Source: a virus | Lineage: Duplodnaviria; Caudoviricetes | IMG/VR virus record: IMGVR_UViG_3300032246_001968 | Span: 1 to 48,347 of that record | Strand: one strand, 5' to 3' | DNA: 48,347 bases | Shown here: piece by piece, positions 45,552 to 48,347 of the stretch | How positions within the stretch are numbered: the stretch's first letter is position 1 | Layout of the letters: each line of letters opens with the position of its first letter | Program-made: the position numbers and the translations under genes | The notes under the pieces: model-generated | The model's database searches: none | Told to the model about the DNA's origin: nothing | Seen by the model: only the letters and a program-made list of their open reading frames with translations

Positions 45552-45869
45552 TTAAAACATTTCTTGTTGAATTATAAATTCAGGGTGAATATTCAACTTG
45601 GACTTAATCCATTCCAAGATATATTTTTTAGATTCGTTTTCGGATATTCCAAATAAATCACACAATGAAGAAACATATTGTTCATCATATGCAATCCCAA
45701 GTTCACCATGAACATAATTAAGAACAAAAATAGGAGTATCTTCAATACCCCACCAATTATATTCTTCACCCTCAACTTCTTGGGTATGAGATTTAATATT
45801 TTTTAATGAACCATCAAGATAATTTAAAATCAAACTTTCAAATCTTGATTCAGATATAATATATTTCAT
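45552..45869 (-). CDS. IITE-leader family protein
   Basis: MKYIISE...YLD...LF...W; TATTTAT at 45876-45882. Confidence 0.8.
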   Translation of the reverse strand: MKYIISESRFESLILNYLDGSLKNIKSHTQEVEGEEYNWWGIEDTPIFVLNYVHGELGIAYDEQYVSSLCDLFGISENESKKYILEWIKSKLNIHPEFIIQQEMF

Positions 45870-45954
45870 ATTTTAATAAATATTCCAAAAATTTTTAAAT
45901 AAAAAAACCCCCCTTCATTTTTGAAGAGGGTCTTATTATAGATTTTGAATATGA

Positions 45955-46257
45955 TTACATCCCAATCAAATTCATATTTGGTATTGGTGCTGGTGCTGCA
46001 GGTTTAGCAGCTTGAGGTTGTGGAGCTTTTAATTGTGCCTGAGCCTGCTGAATCTCTGCAGGAGTAAATGAGTATTGTTTTAAGTAATTTACCAAAGATT
46101 GTACTCTTTGATTTTGTGCTGGTGCTGCCGCAGGTTTCGGTTGACCTGGTTTTAGTGATGCCAACGCATTAGACACTCCTTGTTCGTTTAAAACTCTGTT
46201 TTCCAATCTCTGATTAGTTTCTTGTATATGTCTAATCTTGTTATAACTTCTATTCAT
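45955..46257 (-). CDS. KIRHIQE-leader protein, Q/A/P-rich
   Basis: MNRSYNKIRHIQE.N..LE.R.LNE; TATTTAT at 46272-46278. Confidence 0.75.
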   Translation of the reverse strand: MNRSYNKIRHIQETNQRLENRVLNEQGVSNALASLKPGQPKPAAAPAQNQRVQSLVNYLKQYSFTPAEIQQAQAQLKAPQPQAAKPAAPAPIPNMNLIGM

Positions 46258-46575
46258 AAAATTTGTTTATTATAAATATATCAAAAAGGGACTTTTTTTT
46301 CCCAAAAATTTATTTGCGCAACTTAGGGTATTGTCCCCCCCAAATGACATTCTGACAGTATAGTAAGGGGGGATACGGGGGGAGGGGGGGTGGTACCCCC
46401 ATGCCAGAGGGGGGTCTGACGGGGGGTAGTTATCCACATTTAATCCCCACCCCCTCCTGACATGTTGTCTCCAAAAAAAGATATCCACATTGTGGTGTGG
46501 ATAACTTTATTTGTATATGTGAAAGCTGTGTAGTAGACATTCATGTCTCCGACCAATGGGAGGTATCTTTATAGG

Positions 46576-47046
46576 TTATTCAAGTTCGTTAGCCCAATCA
46601 ACATAGTCGGTGGGGACCTGTGTCCCTGGCTGTGTGAACCATGAACCTATGTTAAGTTTGCGATGGCCAGGTAGTCTCATCTCTTGTGGGATGGCGGGGG
46701 ACTTGTGTAGGTCCTCCAATGTCTTCTCCATACCTCTCACCAAGTCCATTGCTTCATCCCTAACTTCACCTGTGTAGTATGTGGATAGATATGGGGACCA
46801 AAAGTCTGTACCGTTATCTATGGACCTCACCACATAACTTGCAAGTCTCCAACCTTTCTCTTCTGATAATTCAAATGGGTTAATAATAACATCCACGAAG
46901 ATGAGGTTATATCTGTTTACATCTTCGGGGTTTTTAACTACCACATCTTTTATCCATGGGTATTCTCTTGTTAAGATTCTCTTCCCCACTTTAAATTCGT
47001 AGTTGTCTAATAGTTCTTCATATGTTAATGGATAGTCTGATGGCAT
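46576..47046 (-). CDS. Hypothetical protein (YPWI motif group)
   Basis: REYPWIKDV; TATTTAT at 47073-47079. Confidence 0.8.
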   Translation of the reverse strand: MPSDYPLTYEELLDNYEFKVGKRILTREYPWIKDVVVKNPEDVNRYNLIFVDVIINPFELSEEKGWRLASYVVRSIDNGTDFWSPYLSTYYTGEVRDEAMDLVRGMEKTLEDLHKSPAIPQEMRLPGHRKLNIGSWFTQPGTQVPTDYVDWANELE

Positions 47047-47263
47047 GTGGATAACTTTTTTTGGTTATATTAATAAATAGTCGTTTCTTTGTATTGTTCG
47101 AAGCGGGAGTGTAGAACGGGCGGGGGCATAATGTCAGCTGAAGAAATCAGAGGTAGGCTATTTGGTCCCCACCCCAAACGGTCGAGAGCGTAGTACAAAG
47201 GTACGCCTTTTTCCCCATATAAACAAATTTATTTTTGTGAGAAATATTCAGTATCTTTGTAAG

Positions 47264-47704
47264 ATGTTAAACTACATTATTGATATGATGATGGGTTCAG
47301 GTCTTCGCCTGAATACACGTGTGGAGAATCTCGACAGAGCCACCCTTCGTGAGGTGGTGAAGTATGCGACCCAATACTGTACTGATACATTCGGGACCCG
47401 AAAGAAAAATAAACCTTTCTCTGTATCCATTACCAAACAGAGAGGTGGGGAACCTGCGTATGGTCAGTACTGTCCGTATGATAATAAGTTATTCATATAT
47501 CATAATAACTGCCCCACCGTTAAGTTGGTGATACAGACTGTTATCCATGAATATACACATTATCTGCAACCTGTCAAATCAAAGTATCATAAGTTGATGG
47601 ACATATATGGATATGATAAACATCCCATGGAGATGGAAGCCCGTGAGATGGAACAGGAATATTACAAAGATTGTTGGAACTATATTAAAGAAATACTATG
47701 TTAA
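47264..47704 (+). CDS. HExxH metallopeptidase-like protein
   Basis: VIHEYTHYLQ...Y..HPME.EA; ATG 47264 after TATCTTTG (47252-47259). Confidence 0.8.
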   Translation: MLNYIIDMMMGSGLRLNTRVENLDRATLREVVKYATQYCTDTFGTRKKNKPFSVSITKQRGGEPAYGQYCPYDNKLFIYHNNCPTVKLVIQTVIHEYTHYLQPVKSKYHKLMDIYGYDKHPMEMEAREMEQEYYKDCWNYIKEILC

Positions 47705-47826
47705 AGTTTTTAAAAGCGTTGCTTATCGGTTACACAGTTCTGTGGGGTGTTGAAGAAATCAAAGCCCGTAGACCACTCAGAGAAGACGGACCAAGAAAAA
47801 GGTTAAGACCCCGCCGTCCTGAGTAG
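47698..47826 (+). CDS. 42-aa peptide, hydrophobic N-terminus and Arg-rich tail (not in ORF track)
   Basis: MLKFLKALLIGYTVLWGVEEIKARRPLREDGPRKRLRPRRPE; overlaps the upstream stop. Confidence 0.45.
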   Translation: MLKFLKALLIGYTVLWGVEEIKARRPLREDGPRKRLRPRRPE

Positions 47827-48069
47827 GCCCTGACAGTGTGCCACAATATCCTTGGGGGTGATGTCTTCCCCACCCACCACATAAAGTCCTTCGACCTTAG
47901 CGTCGACGCATGCCCATGAGTTCATCCCCACAGGTTTATTCGTGAAGGCTCTCTTTGCCTTTTCGAAGTATAGTGTACCTAACTCTTTCTCTAACAGAGA
48001 GATAACTATCCTCACTCTCATATCATCTAATTGAAAAATATCATATTGCAAATCTTGTATGGTAATCAT
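47803..48069 (-). CDS. Hypothetical protein
   Basis: Start MITIQDL at 48069; TATTTAT at 48076-48082. Confidence 0.7.
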   Translation of the reverse strand: MITIQDLQYDIFQLDDMRVRIVISLLEKELGTLYFEKAKRAFTNKPVGMNSWACVDAKVEGLYVVGGEDITPKDIVAHCQGLLRTAGS

Positions 48070-48347
48070 ATGTGGATAAATATAATTACGGAACATATAA
48101 AAATAAAGTTATCCACAGGTGGGGATTGGTCCTGACGCTATGTCAGTGGATAAAAAAAATGTGGAATGTGGATAACTTGTGGGGTAAAAAGTTGGAATTG
48201 TCAGAATGTCAGGGGACTCGTTACGATGGGGATAATCCCCTCGACCCACTTTCCCCCACTTTTAGTGGTTTTGTTTTCCCACATTTTACCACTGCTTATG
48301 GTCCCCACGTATACTAAAACACCACTTTTTCCCCTCTGACGCTATCA

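Larger units (their letters stand above)
46330..48347. promoter_or_regulatory. DnaA-box cluster, candidate replication origin region
   Basis: Perfect TTATCCACA/TGTGGATAA at 46430, 46496, 47046, 48071, 48109, 48167; single-mismatch boxes at 46481, 46780, 48145. Confidence 0.7.

Noticed and set aside
46270-46488. 72-aa Pro-rich ORF
   Set aside because: Translation of the G-tract/DnaA-box region; no promoter motif and atypical composition
48072-48317. 81-aa plus-strand ORF
   Set aside because: Runs through the DnaA-box and CTGAC repeats; more plausibly non-coding
1-48347. Stop-codon reassignment, as seen in some large phages
   Set aside because: Code 11 gives full-length, tightly packed genes; TAG ends genes at sensible positions (e.g. 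2457, 16066) and TGA does at 13732; no suppressor tRNA seen
1-48347. CRISPR array or cas genes
   Set aside because: No regularly spaced direct repeats with unique spacers; the recurring CCCACC/GGTGGG elements are dispersed terminators

Overview
AT-rich, densely packed window that reads as the accessory region of a large tailed phage of a Bacteroidota host, not a bacterial chromosome. It has short unrelated ORFs, a GH19 endolysin, an HNH homing-type nuclease beside tRNA-Ser(UGA), isolated host-like genes (iscU, iscA, cyclophilin, SAM decarboxylase, acyl-CoA thioesterase, pterin carbinolamine dehydratase, two flavodoxin-fold proteins), Bacteroidota TAnnTTTG promoters and no evident Shine-Dalgarno motifs. 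No core capsid, terminase or polymerase gene is visible, so the phage call is inferred. Main observations: (1) about 24 unrelated proteins, including recognisable enzymes, share a short N-terminal MK(Y/I)IITE or (V/I)xLTE leader and sit in units headed by a second promoter motif, TATTTAT, suggesting a capsid-targeting, protease-cleaved cargo system. (2) A nine-gene envelope operon with CsgG-like, cohesin/dockerin-like, beta-barrel and lipoprotein genes at 5.1-11.9 kb. (3) A cluster of structured non-coding RNAs at 20.4-21.1 kb, including a tRNA-like RNA with an extra GNRA hairpin in its D-loop. (4) Six perfect DnaA boxes, G-tracts and CTGAC repeats at 46.3-48.3 kb, a candidate origin. All family calls come from motif recognition by eye; no searches were run.
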